A stretch of DNA of 64,000 nt from the human T2T-CHM13v2.0 reference genome, Homo sapiens, in NCBI RefSeq assembly GCF_009914755.1, contig NC_060928.1; one strand, written 5' to 3'. The notes beneath the pieces were generated by a model that saw only the letters and a list, made by a program, of their open reading frames with translations, made no database searches and was not told the origin of the DNA. The stretch's first letter is position 1. Every line of letters starts with the position of its first letter. A program made the translations under genes and the position numbers. Positions 1 to 16,380 of the stretch are shown here, piece after piece.

Positions 1-219
1 ATAATTCAGCAGACTATGCTCCTATACACATTTGCACAGTTTGTGCTAGTCCCACCCCCACCCCCACCTCAAATACTAATTATTTTCACTTCTTCCATTT
101 TTTTTATTGTATACAAAAATGGTCAACCAAATGTGTGGTTTCATGATCTGTGTAGTGTTAAAAAAATATGTGAAGGGTGATAGGGAAACCCTGCTTATCT
201 TTTTGACATTTTACTCTCA

Positions 220-315
220 CCTATTTATACTCTTGACGAAACTGAGTGTCAGAGAGGTAAAAATATTTACCCAAAGTTATACAACTTGTAAATGGCAAAG
301 CCAGAATTTCCTCCA
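220..315 (-). mobile_element. MIR SINE fragment
   Basis: gaaactgagtgtcagagaggtaaaatatttacccaaagttatacaacttgtaaatggcaaagccagaattt resembles the antisense MIR core. Confidence 0.7.
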
Positions 316-1704
316 GTCCTTTTATGTCACCACAGAGGATCCCTGCTCCCCACTGATCACATGGTAGAAACTTGATAAACATCTGTTAGTTTACATGAAG
401 ATAGAGGAGACATAAAAGTGGTTTCATCTACTTGTGAAATAATGTTTACATGTAGCTATCCCTAAATAATTTTGCTAAAAAATGTTAACATGTAGCTATT
501 ACCTTTTGTGAAGGAAATCACAGTGATATCTTTCAAATATTGTATTATAAATCTTAAGGGAAGAGGCAATACACATTAACATCCTCATCTTTCAGATGGC
601 TAAGCTGAAGCATCTTTCTCAAGGGCAATCTAATTGCCTCTCCAAGATAAGCTGCTGAGCCTGGGACTTTCACTGTTGTTGTCTAAGCTGGGTCTCTTCT
701 ATGCCACTTTCAGTGCTGTTTTATGTACTGTGAATCTATAGCCTGATTTTCTATTTACTAGGTTCATATAAAATCAATATTTATTTTATGTAGCGCCCTG
801 TACTTCAAAAGATCCAAGGTCAATCAATATGTAGGATTCATTCCGTAAGAAGAGTAATTAGATAGCCCCTCAAACATTGCAGTTACTGCAAATTTGAAAG
901 CTGTAAGTTGTCTGAATCAAAGGAAAAGTCACCTAGCTTATACTAGCACCTTTCTGAAATACAACGAAAGATGCTTTTATGTATGGCTAAACAGTGGCAA
1001 TAAAGAAAAACAGAGTTGCTGAAAAGATCCCAGTTTTGACTTTGTTTTTTTTTTTAATGTGATTCTAGGTGAACAGAAAATATAAACAAAGAATATCTAA
1101 AATAATCACTCAAAATTACTTGAGATAACCAATGGATGTAATGTCAAAGGTTGTTGGAAGTGAAGTTGTGAAATAGAATGTTAATTTTTATTTAGCTTTT
1201 TGAATGTAGGATTCTTAGAATATAATTTGATAAAGCTAATATTTACATTGACAAATGAACCGAGGGATCATTAATGCATTTTGTAAGGAATACATCTGAG
1301 AACAGATAAGACATTACAATAATAACTGACTCAAATTGAGGGAATTACTAAAGAAATTGTAGCCTTGGCATGAAGCAGATGACACACTGAGGATATCACT
1401 GCTTCATACTCTAAGACAAATATTTCAGCTTCTACCCTTGGAGGGATACAGCCCTTCCTTCATTGGTTTCATATTTTCCTGAACAAACTACCATCAGATT
1501 ATCAGCCTCTGATCTAGTCCTTCTACCTTGTCAGCTGCAAAGATATTTCCTTTCTAACATCTGCCCCTCTGGATCTCTAGAACTTGACATTGCCCGTGTT
1601 CTATGTTTTACTTCCTAACCCTTTCTTTTCTGATTTCCTGTATATGTATTCCTTGCATTTATATTCTGAAATCAGAAATTGTAATTTCTAATTTCTAAGG
1701 ATTT

Positions 1705-1975
1705 ACAACATTTTCTTCAAAATCATGTGATCCAACCATTTTTTGGGATTCCATGTTTTCAGATTTTAGAAAGGCTATAGGATATATAGGCTATTAGTAT
1801 TGAAATCAAACAAATTATATATAGAAAAGTAGGATTATATGAGTAGAATGAATAAAGAATGGTAAGTAGCCCCAAGTCAATTCAGGTCAAGTTTTGCTGA
1901 CAACTGACAACTTAGTTCAGATCAGGTTTGTTCTCAAACGTTTTTGGATTTTAAGTGGAAATAACAGATGATGAG
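1705..1975 (-). mobile_element. MER46C-like TcMar-Tigger MITE, diverged
   Basis: agattttagaaagg... and aataaagaatggtaagtagccccaagtcaattcaggtcaagttttgc resemble the reverse complement of the recalled MER46C consensus. Confidence 0.55.
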
Positions 1976-3199
1976 TGTCTGAATAAATGGCTATACAATG
2001 GATAGCACTGCAGATTATTTTATTTCAATTATTGTCTTATCCATAACTGTTTTGTCCCAACCTCAGTCATTTATCCCCTTGGCTTTCCCACAGCTATGAT
2101 ATTTGGTTGACTGTTACAAAATGCTAAGAAAAATCACAAGAAGAAATTACGAGGAAAACTATCCAGGAACAAAGTCCTCTAACAATGGAAAAGACCTCAG
2201 TTCCAAGTTATAATACCCCACAGTATAGGGGAGACAGTGTAGAAATACTTAAGGAAGTAGTAACTGCTATGTGTCCTCCAAAGTTTAATTATTCCTGAAT
2301 AGATTCACTAGATTTTACCTGAAGGGTAAATTCATCAACTCACTCAAAATCGTTTCCTTGACTGTCTATTGTATAGAAATCAGTGTGCCCCTTACTTTGT
2401 GGAATTAGTATGAGAGTTAAATACTATAATGCAGAATTTCATAAAATAAAAGTTATGAAGTTTTAGCAGTTGTAGGTGACAGATATCTCTTCTAATTTGG
2501 AAGATATGGGAAAGTTAACATGGATAGAAAGGTAAACATTTAAAGCATATCTTATTGAATTTGAGAAAAGAATAATCAAGTCCTTCTACCTTGTCAGATG
2601 TAATTATTTATTGCCTTGATGAAGGCAAGGAAATGCTTTATTAGAAACCTGTAACTGGCCAGCATTCAGAGTAGGAGAAGAAAAAAGGATATATATATGA
2701 TTTTAGATGAAAAATAATAATAATTAGAGGCGCTTAAGTCATGTCTTTGTAACATGGGTAACTTGCCTAATTTGATATTAGTTTAGTTACCTTAAGTTAT
2801 TCAATGAAAAAATAACAATAAAAGTGGTTACAAAAATAAAGTTTATAATAAACAGCAACAATAAAAGATTGATTATGACACACAAAATTTTGGCACTTAA
2901 AAATAAAATGTGCTAGTTCCACTTCCAGTATTAATGAATTTACATTCTTCAGCTCAAACTTTTATCTGAAAACATCTGGAAAAAGTATCTGTGAAGACAT
3001 TGGATTATTATCAACAAAGAGAGAGGGTTGGTAGCACAAGGGTGGTAGAGAAAAGAGAAGCCTAGAAATGTCAGCCCAGAATGTAGTACTTTTTTTTTTC
3101 TTTTTCTGGAAGCTAACTTTGAAAGCTGTGTGTAAGAAGATGAGCAGAACACCCTTGAAATCCATAGCACTGTGCCATGGATTTCAGGGGTGTTCAAAG

Positions 3200-4690
3200 A
3201 TCATGAGTCTTGTTTATATCCCAGGCACTTATCTGAGATCCCAAATGTCTATACCTTAAAATAAACCATTTACCAACCATGACAAATCCCAGGTTTATAG
3301 CATTTCAGACCCTGATTAGAATAAGTTTATCTTAGCTGGTAAGAGCTACAAGCCTAGCTGCCTGAAAGAAAAAAAAAATGTACACTCTCTCTAGGGAAAT
3401 ATAATATTATAATTGATTTTAAATATAAAATGCATGACATTGAATCAAAAGTAACTGGACATACAGAAAGTCAAATTTTTATAGAAAACCAAAAGAAAGA
3501 AAGAAAAAGATTAGAGAAAAAGATATGAGATGTGAATAATGGAGTTATTACTCATGGGCTTTAGTATATTTAATATTAGCATATTTAATATTAAAGATGT
3601 GAAAGAAAGAACCTAATGAATATCTTCAGCAGATACTAAGCAAAAATGAAGAGAGAATTTATAAAGTCAAACTAGAAGAAAATACCCAGAATGAAGCATG
3701 GAGAAGCAAAATATTAAAAGTACAGGGAAAAAAAGCACATTAGATACTAAGAAAAGGTTTTATATATATATATATATATAATCTCGAATTCTCAGAAGAA
3801 AGGAAGAATAAAACAGTATTATTATATGAAGAGTTAATAAAATAAACACAATTTACGAACAGAAACCAAAATAAAGCTAGTGTAGCTGTCCTGGTGACAG
3901 ACGAAAGTTTCAAAAGTAGAACAATTACTAGAGTGGGAGATATTCAATACCATAAAATGTGAAATTCATAAAAATGATATAATTCTAAATGTGAATGTCT
4001 CTGATAACATAGTCTCACAATCTATTTTAACCAAAATCAGCAGAGGTAAATAGAGAAATATGAATATATTCATGAACTTGATAGGAACATTTTAACATAA
4101 ACAGAAATCCAATAACTATATAAAAGATTTGAACATCAGAATTATCAAACTTGATCTTATTAACATACAAAGCACACGGTACCCAAAAGCTACAGAACCC
4201 ATTTTTAAAAAGTTTTCATTGACTATTTTTCCAGAATGATCATATGCTTGTTCATAAAACAGATTTTAACAAATCTCAAAATATTTTAAGCTATACAGAG
4301 AACATTCACTGACTACCATTGAACTGAGCTAGAAAATAGCAACTAAATGATAACTGAAAAATCCCCAAGTATTTGAAGATTCAATAATATGCTTTTACTT
4401 AATAAATACAGAACAAGCAGAAGAAAATATTGCAATGTAAATGGGAGAATAAGTTGTACTACCTGATAATACAAATTATCTCTGTCTTTGTGTGTATGTG
4501 TGTATGAATTGCATATATACACATATATATGGCATGAAGCTCAACTAATATCATTCTTATTTATTGATTTATCTATACATTTATATGTATGATTAAAAAA
4601 GGGTAAAATCAATGGGATAAAATAAATATGAAATAGATTTTAAAACAAAAACAATTCACTTGCCACAAGTAGGGTATGACAATAAAAATG
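3200..4690 (+). mobile_element. Ancient L1M (L1ME/L1M4-like) ORF1/ORF2-start remnants
   Basis: A-rich + strand with L1-like words (gaagaaaatacccagaatgaagcatggaga; aaaccaaaataaagctagtgtagct; aaatctcaaaatatttt...ttcactgactac). No intact ORF. Confidence 0.6.
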
Positions 4691-4734
4691 GAGAAAAGTT
4701 AAAATCTTATGAAAATCATTTATATTTTTATTAC

Positions 4735-4835
4735 TAAATTTGACAAATACTTATGGACATCTTCTATGTACCAGACACTTTTCTAGAGTCAGATGCAGGG
4801 ATGGGAGATATAGTAGTGAACAAAACAGACAAAAA
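4735..4835 (-). mobile_element. L2 3'-end fragment
   Basis: acaaatacttatggacatcttctatgtaccagacac...gagatatagtagtgaacaaaacagacaaaaa matches the antisense L2 tail. Confidence 0.7.
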
Positions 4836-6235
4836 TTTGTTATTGAGGTGAAGTGAGGTCAGGTTACCTGCATGAACTGTCTACTGCAGCAATGTCTGGA
4901 GCACTGGTAGGCAAGAGGATGAAAAGCAGGACAAAGGGTGTCTAATACATAGGGTACCAAGACTTGGCTTTTTTTCCAAGGTACTTAGAAGGAGAGAGCA
5001 TAGAAAAAATATTTTACAGAGATTTGCAGAACTGATTCCTCAATTCACATCTTTGAATGAAAGAGTTCTGAAAAATTCAATTTCACAGATCCTTAGTGAC
5101 TCGTACAATTTTATCCTTTTATTATTTGAACATTCTGAACATGAGACTATAGATAGCAAGAGTATTGGAGATTTTTTAAAGTACAGATATTAAACTCAAG
5201 CTGTGCATGTGGATTGAGTCTAGAGGACCTGAATGTCATCCTAATTCCTAAACGCATTTCAGAAATGCCTGGAGTTCAACAGAATTAGAGTTGAAAATAA
5301 AAACAGATTATTGGTGAACATATGAGTATGCTTTCAGAGAAATTACGTAGACTGTGAACCGTATGAGCCATTATTTATGTTGTTAAGTCTGATTTTTGGT
5401 AGCTAATCTAATTTACTGTCCGAATCATAAATAACTTTCCCGGTCATGACAGTGATCTTTCAAAAGGAAAATTTTGAGCTGAAAATGAACTGTGACCTAA
5501 TAAAAGACAGTATTTCTAGAATTATGGAAGTAAACATATGACTTTCAATGCTATGCTCTTCTGTACTTTGTGGCTAAACACTGAAGAAGTTTGGATTTAA
5601 CTATGTAAGAATGTGTTATTTTTTTAAGTAAATTCTGTAATTAGAGATGTAATTCAGATTCAGAATTAAATATGCTTCTCACTGAATCTTCTTCATGACT
5701 CTAAAAGAAAGTCTCATTGGTCCAAGAACAGTATTCTCATTTAGTTGACAAAAATCTAGAAGTGATGTTACTGTATCCATAACTGTACATATAAAGAAGA
5801 ATAAAAGGTAAAATACAACTTTATTAAAATACTAAATTAAAATTATTTTAGCTGGATTTATTTACTGATTGCTAACAAGTTAGCCACAGTCACCTATGAA
5901 AAGTATCTTATGTCCCTCACGCTCACATTTGTAGCAATTTATTCCATGAATTATTTTAGTCTAAATAAATTGATAGCTGAATCAATCTATTCTTTGTTAA
6001 ACATTTTAATCTGAGTATATAAAAGCAGACAGTGAAATAGCAAAGTTTAAACTGATGATGTGTTTTTCCAGGTAGTGAAATGCCAAGATGATAATGATGA
6101 ACTATAGGGCAATATTTTAATATTCACTGTGGTCTGGAAAATGGCAGATGAACTTCAGTGTAGATAAGAAAGTTTGAAAAATAACCTAAACTAAATGTAC
6201 AAGGACACAGACCCTGAACTCTTAGTTACAACTAT

Positions 6236-6237
<2 letters not shown>

Positions 6238-6277
<40 letters not shown>

Positions 6278-6280
6278 ACA
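6238..6280. repeat. (CA)n microsatellite
   Basis: Directly visible; explains the THTH ORF. Confidence 0.95.
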
Positions 6281-7000
6281 GAGATTTAAAAATCACTGCA
6301 AATTATCGTTGGAAAATATTAATCCAATTTTTTGTTGTAGAGAGATCAAGATGATACCACAGGTAAGTGAAATTTATTGAAGTAAGATGTAATTATTTTA
6401 TTTTCCCTATACATGCAGGAATCTAGGATGTTTTTATACATAAACTATGATGAATTGTAGCCAGTCCTCAAACTTGAAAGAAAGCTGTTGAAGACCTAGA
6501 GAAAGAAGAATAATTCTGAAGCATCTGGGAAATACTATTTTAAGCAAATCTTGAACAGTAAATTGATTAGCATATTTCTTTTTAAAAAGATGAAATAATT
6601 AAGGATTATAAAATTCCAAAGGATATGAATAAAGTGAATATGGTATTATCCTCTGGATTCTGGGGAACGAGAAATAAAAAATACTACAATGTGTTGAGAG
6701 TTGTTTAAGATCAACTAAAAACTATATAAAATACATCACAGGTAGTAACAAGATTTTTTAAATGCTGATAAAGACTAAAAATATACAAAGGCATGGGAAA
6801 ATTTTGATGAACGTATATATAATGACAATTCACCTCTTTAGGGGAAAAAATGACATGATTGAATCATGGGTTAGACAATAGGCCAAGTTGCATACAGTTT
6901 ATTAGTAGAAACAATAAAATAATCAAATAATTCAAATAATACCAATCCAGGCTTATAGATGTAATGCTACATGTAGAGACTGGTGGTGTGGTGTCTTGCA

Positions 7001-7003
<3 letters not shown>

Positions 7004-7052
<49 letters not shown>
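7004..7052. repeat. (TG)n microsatellite
   Basis: Directly visible; explains the CVCV/HTHT ORFs. Confidence 0.95.
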
Positions 7053-7054
<2 letters not shown>

Positions 7055-8547
7055 TGTATGAGGAGGAGAATACTGAAGCTACCACAAGGATATAGCAACC
7101 AAATTGAATCTCAACAAATATTTAGGAGGCAAAGGAGCAAGAAGGAAGAAGAGAGTAGAGTTTCTAAGGCAGGAAGTTGAGAGGAAATAATGTTATATAA
7201 AGGAACTGCAACAATGTCACTAGGAGTTGCAACACTAAGTCTTAGGTATTAAGAGTAAGAGATGAGACTAGAGACATAAACAGGCACTCTTTTGCCATGT
7301 TATGAACTTGGTCTGGATCTGAAGGGGAAAGAAGGGCTTTTGAAGAACACAGAATGATGGGCTATGAGATAGGGTTTGACAATTATCTTTGTCTTTTACC
7401 ATTCTTATCTTTGCCTAAGTTAAAACCAGTAGCATAAAAATGAATTTATCCATTGAAATATTTTTTAATGGTGACTAAGAGACAAATGTTCAAAAGCATA
7501 TAGATAAGAGGATTATTTCAAACTCATATCACAAACTTTAAAAATTATTTCTTGAAAGCAATACGATTAGGATTAAAGTAAAAATAACATTGAAAGTTGA
7601 CATGAAATTTCCTTTCCGATGATAGGGGAAAGGTATTTAAGACATTTGTAAAGGGCATGATAGAAAACTCACTTATCAACATCCCTAGGTTTGTGGGGAC
7701 AGGAACTACAAGGATGATTAAACAATGCATTGATTTAGATGGCTCTAATGTGGATACCTATTTACCTGCCAAGCAACAAGAGTAGTAGCAGGATTTATAA
7801 ACACTGACATCACGCCTTGCCACTTTTTTTCTTAGACACAGGTCATTAATACTGGCATGATTTTGTTCTGATATGAAATAGAAGAAAATCATCCAAGATC
7901 TAGAGGCTATGGTAGATGTCAAAGTGATGGAGAATAATCTCTAAAAGTCATTTTTATACATTTGGACAAATGGCAGAAAATGTGACCAAGGAGGGAAAGA
8001 TATATTTGTCCCCATTTCACAAAACACAGGGGATAATTCCACTTCTAATGAAAGTGGGTAAAACATCTCAAAGTTGAACTGGAACTGAAAACTAAAGAAC
8101 TTCTGTCTTCTAACTTTAGCAGAGAATGTGACTCAGTTTTTAATAAATATCGGTACAAAATATTATGAGACAAAATATCCTTACCAGGATGGATAATTTT
8201 CAGATTACTTTCCACACCACCTTTCCCTTGCCCCCAATTCTACCCTAAGCTTTGTCAGGAAGACAAAAGAATGAATCTTCACTACCATGTACTCACCTGT
8301 TCAAGCCCAGTTTAAATTCTATGGGGTAAGAATTTTTACAATGCTTATAGAGTTAGACGGAGAAAGATGAAGAGAGAAAGGAAAGGGCAATGAAACATAA
8401 CCATTTAGAAAAGATCATCCTAAGATAAGTAAAGAGAAAAAAAAATCATTTGTGGGATTTATGCAATCTTTTCTCAATGATAAGAAAAAAAATCAACATA
8501 AAATGAAAGAAATACAGACATGATACAGTCTTTATAAAGATAGGTTT

Positions 8548-11212
<2,665 letters not shown>

Positions 11213-13313
11213 TCACTTGCCAATTTAATAAACATGCTGTTACCTTGAATTAATAATAATGGCAGCAGCCATATTTTATATAAACAGTATTTTATATAAA
11301 GCTTTTAACTGCACTACATGTTTAATTCCATACTATGAATATATATATGTATAAAATATTCTTTCTACTACATCAAATATTTTCTACCACTACCCTGATG
11401 AGAAAGGCATCATCTTCATTTTGTATAGTGGAATAAAGAGGATCAAAGGGGCTAAATGATGTGCTCCCATTCCTTCTTCTCTTAAAGCTATTCTCTCTCT
11501 GACCCTGTAGTCCTCATGCAGCCATGTTCACTGACCCAACCTAAAATGAGCAGCCCTCAGATAATTGGGTCAGGAAAAACTTTCTGTGGAGTCATTTCAC
11601 TCTTAAAATAGTCTATATATGCTGAAATAGTTCGATATTATATAAAGTAAAAAGTCTGAGTCATGGGGCAAGATTTTACAAAACCATTTGCTTCTTGTAA
11701 AAGAAACACATGCACGTACACACACACACACTCGCACATTCTACTGCCTTTATAGTAGTACCACTACTCTACTGAAACAAAAACGAGAAATCAGACTTAA
11801 GAAGTGTGAATAAAGTAGGAAGATCATTCTTCCCTGATTTTCAGTCTCTTTTCCAGCAGTATTTACCAAGAGGACTGTGAAAGTATGCGTCCTGCGAGCC
11901 CACACGGATGTAACAAATAAGAAACCAGGTGAATACATAGCCAAGAAAGCAAGTGATTTAAAATAATATTCATCATCTAATGTCAAGTGAAGCCATTGGG
12001 AAAACTTAAACATTTTTAACACTTTAGAATCTTTACCAAATCTCACCACTGAGTCCCAGTTTGCTCAGCTAATGAATGTTTTTGTGCCCTCAGTGTGGAA
12101 AGTGTATAAAGCCCTCTGTTGTCTCTCATTAAAATATCTATAAAATGTACTGCAGATGCCCCTGAAATGAGGCTCATTTAACTGATCCTTTTATAAGATT
12201 TATGACATCAGAGTCACATACCCAATTCCAGCTGGTTAAGGAAGTTTTATAGAAGCAGAACTAGAAGAAAATGGAACTGAGACGTGGCTATAAATACGGT
12301 GTGCAGCGACAAGTCTTTCAGAGTGTTTATTAAATGAAAAATGGTTTTTTCACCCTGACTGCTGTATTTCATCAGAGGCCCCTGAGCTCTCTGTCAATAC
12401 CCTTTCACACATATAATGAACACAGGGTAGGCACTCGAACCAGCAAAGGCACCTTAGCCTCAATGATTCCTTCTCCTTAAAACTTGGTGGGAAACTATGA
12501 ATCAATAATATATTCGTAGTAGGAGAGAGGGTTTTACTAGTGATAATCACCTTGATCTTTAACTGCATAGAGGAGAAAAGAGAAAGAAAAGAAAGTTTAT
12601 AAGATCCATGACCCATTCAACTCTGAGTCCAACCTGGTTGGATGATTTGTTATGACCCAATTTATTGTTTCTCCTCTAAAGCCAGTCACAATAAAGAGCC
12701 CTTATTCTAAAGCTACTCAGTTTGTGGTGTTCTTTGAGCCTCCTTTTTGGAAGTTGCTTAACAGAAGTGCATTGTGTTTTGTACTCTGAAAATTTTGTTT
12801 TAAGATTTTCACATAATAAAAGATTTGAGCATTATTCAAGCCCTTTAAAGAGATAATAGTGTTATATTAAGTGTCGCTTGGACCATTAAAGTTTTTTAAC
12901 ACTTTTTGCAATATTTATGGTTCACCTTTTACATCGCAGGTTTTATGACCTCAATCTTTTCATTCTGTGTTTTAAATTTCCTGCAAATATTTGCAATTAG
13001 AAGCTAAATACCATTTAAAAGTCAGAATTAGTATGATAAAGAATACAATTGATTTCTTATTCACATTTCCATGTCCAAATCAACATTGATATCTGGTGCT
13101 TGAATTTTTGTTCACCTCTTCTTTTTGAGTATCATGCAACTATCTATATGCATACTTTTCTCAGCACAGAGCAATGAGTTCCAACACTGTTCTTGCCATA
13201 TATGTTAGTGCTGTTGTAATGTAAATAATAACAGTTGTAACTTGATGAAGAAAATGGAGTGGACCTATGTTGCGCTTGTTTAGCTCCGAAATACATTCCT
13301 GAGCAATAATTAA

Positions 13314-13640
<327 letters not shown>

Positions 13641-13697
13641 TATAAACAGATCCTTTTAAGGAATCATAGAATATTTGAGCTGAAAATCTTAGGAGTC

Positions 13698-14186
13698 GTA
13701 TTTGTTTCCCAGGGCTGCTATAACAAAGTACTGCAAATCAGGTAGCTTAAAAAGAGCAGAAGTGTATTGTCTCACAGTTGTGGAGGCTAGAAGTCCAAAA
13801 TTGAGGTGTCTGCAGGTAATGTGCCTTCTGAATTCTTTTAGGGAAAATTCTTTCATGCCTTTTCCTAGCTTCAGGTGGTTCACTGCAATTCCTGAGGTTC
13901 TTGGATTGCAGCTACTACACTTTAATCTCTGTCCCATCCTCACCTGCCATTCATGTGTACATCTCTCTGTGTCTTTTTTCCTCTACTTACAAGGACACCA
14001 GTCATATCAGATTAAGGGTCCACTCTCCTCTAGTATGACCCCATCATAAGTAATTACATCTGCAACCACCTTGCCTCCAAATAATAAAATTACATTTTGA
14101 GGTGTACATTAAATGCCCCTGTACATATCTTATGAAAGTTAAGACTTCCGTATATCTTTTCCAGGAACACAATTTAACCCTTAACA
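13698..14186 (-). mobile_element. MLT1 (MLT1C-like) MaLR solo LTR
   Basis: gtttcccagggctgctataacaaagtac...ctcacagttgtggaggctagaagtcc...acacaatttaacccttaaca is the antisense MLT1 pattern. Confidence 0.85.
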
Positions 14187-14466
14187 AAAGTCATCTATCA
14201 AACCACTTCCTTCAAGGATAAGAAACTAATTTATGTCGGAAAAAAGTTTTATAAATTAAGAATTTATGCATGTTATTTGTCCCTAGTAAGGCAAAATGTG
14301 ACCTAAAAGAAGATGAAGAACATATATATTCATTAATCTCTTGATATTTTTAGGTTTTTTTGTTGTTGTTACTATGCCAGAATTATGAGACAAGCTCCTA
14401 GGAGCCCTTCTTTCTATTTCTAACAGATGGAACTGTACAGCAATTCTATCTCTTAGAGAAAATAAA

Positions 14467-14766
14467 ATAAAAGCAGTGGTTCAACAGAAAAGCAAGAAGA
14501 CCAAGGTTATTGGTTAAACGTAAAAGGCTCCAATGAATACAAAAGCAATGAGTCACTCATAGTCCATCATGTACTTAGAGATGAACCATCAAAAAAATGT
14601 GTAGGTCACTTCATGCTGACTTTGTTGTCAGCATGAGCTGTTGTCCCTCTAGAAGCAGGCTGGATAGTTTTAATGCCTTTGAGATCTGTGAAAACACAAT
14701 CTGATTTGGTTGATCAGTGCTTGGATCTACAACTCAGGCAATAATTGTCACACTAGCCTTTGTCTT
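14467..14766. repeat. Copy A of a ~300-bp local direct duplication
   Basis: Colinear with 15853-16167; shares exact blocks tgagatctgtgaaaacacaatctgatttg (29 nt) and tgcttggatctacaactcaggcaa (24 nt). Confidence 0.92.
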
Positions 14767-15309
14767 CCTTTTCTTTAAGACTTTGTTCCCTCAGTAGTAA
14801 ACTAGGCATTTGAGCAGTTCTTTATTAACTATTTTAGACCACCAGAAAATCCTTTAATTACAAAGGAACATTTTCATATACTTGTCTTATTAGATGCTCA
14901 GAGTTTGTAGGAACAAATTTAATAATACACACCACAGAGGTAGCATTTAAAAACTAGCATAAGCTTGCACAACAAATCAGAAAATAGCCTATTCTTGGGA
15001 TGTATTACTGAGGAAATCATGTTGTCATTGGTTCCAGTCTAAGGCTTTCAGATAAAATCTTATGCCTGAAAGGAAAGCATGCAAGCTGTTGCAATTTATT
15101 TTAATACCTTACTCCACATAATAGAAGATAACGATGATAACAGGTAGAAGACTATTTTCTCCAAATAGGACTGTTGGCCAAAGTAGGCATTGGCCTGCTA
15201 AAGTCACACCTGCTGACTGTCTTCAGTGAATGACATTGGTGTCCTAAAATAAACAACTTAAAGTTCAATGTAATTTTGAAATAATTTAACTCCTAAAAAT
15301 AATATTAGC

Positions 15310-15420
15310 AATTGGGGGCATTATGGACCCTTGGAGGAATCTGATGAAAACTGAACACTCTTCACCAAAAATGGTGCATGTCACAGTCATATAAAAGCTT
15401 GCATAACATTTCAGGGTCTA
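15310..15420. mobile_element. Possible hAT-Charlie MITE fragment
   Basis: ggacccttggaggaatctgatgaaaact...ttgcataacatttcaggg resembles Charlie-type MER elements; subfamily not assigned. Confidence 0.4.
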
Positions 15421-15852
15421 AATGGGCTGCCTGTTTTATACCCCTTCTTTTAGGTGATGTTTCTATATTATTAGAAGATACACTGTGGAACAAAATATGA
15501 TCATAAGAAGAAGTATCATTTTGAGGAATTTGACATAGCACATAACTACTTCCACTGGAAACCATGTTGAGGAATCTGGGCTCCTTTCAAAGTTAAATTT
15601 CTCTGTGATAACCTTGCTATGCTTTTGAAAATTACCCTAAGGACCAGGTATAACACTTAGTGACTTAATATGCATGTCTTATTTATGTAAGCCTTTAAAA
15701 GCAAGTATTGAGTGGAATAACTTTTCTTTTTTTAACCAGCCTGAAATTGCCTTATCTGTAAAAAAAAAATTTCAGTTGATATAGTAAACAATCATTTTAG
15801 TGCAAATATTTGTCCTGGATTTCCTATTTTTCTTAGTTGCTTACTATATAGC

Positions 15853-16167
15853 ATAAAAGCAGAGGTTCAAAAGAAAAGCATGAGGACAAAATTTATTGGT
15901 TGAATGTATAAGGCTTCAATTAATACAATAGCACTGAGTCATTCATAGTCCATCACACATTTAAAGATGAACCATCAGAAAAATATGTAGATCTTTTCAT
16001 GCTGACTTTAAGCTGTGGTCCCTCCAGAAGCACGCTAGATAGTTTTAATACCTCTGAGATCTGTGAAAACACAATCTGATTTGTTCCCCACTGAACAAAT
16101 TTGGTTTAGTTCATCACTGCTTGGATCTACAACTCAGGCAAAGATTGTCACACTAGCCTTTTGTCTT
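15853..16167. repeat. Copy B of the ~300-bp local direct duplication
   Basis: See 14467-14766; the offset is 1386 bp at the 5' end. Confidence 0.92.
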
Positions 16168-16380
16168 ACTACAGTAAACACAATGTATGTCCATTTTGCC
16201 ACATGTTTTAGAGAGAGATTAGACTATTTGGTAAATATATGACAGGATTCAAGATGAAATGTATATCTTTCCATTTAAGCTAAAAAATATGTATGCAATA
16301 AACTAGGTCATGCAAACCATGTAGGATTCTGCTAAGCATTCATTGCTTGAGATGTAAGAAAACTCAAGTACTGTTAAGAG

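Noticed and set aside
14467-16167. Duplicated unit as LTR pair, CRISPR-like array or snoRNA pair
   Set aside because: There are only two copies, with no TG..CA termini or TSD, no spacer structure and no convincing terminal C/D or H/ACA boxes; Rfam/Dfam searches are still needed.
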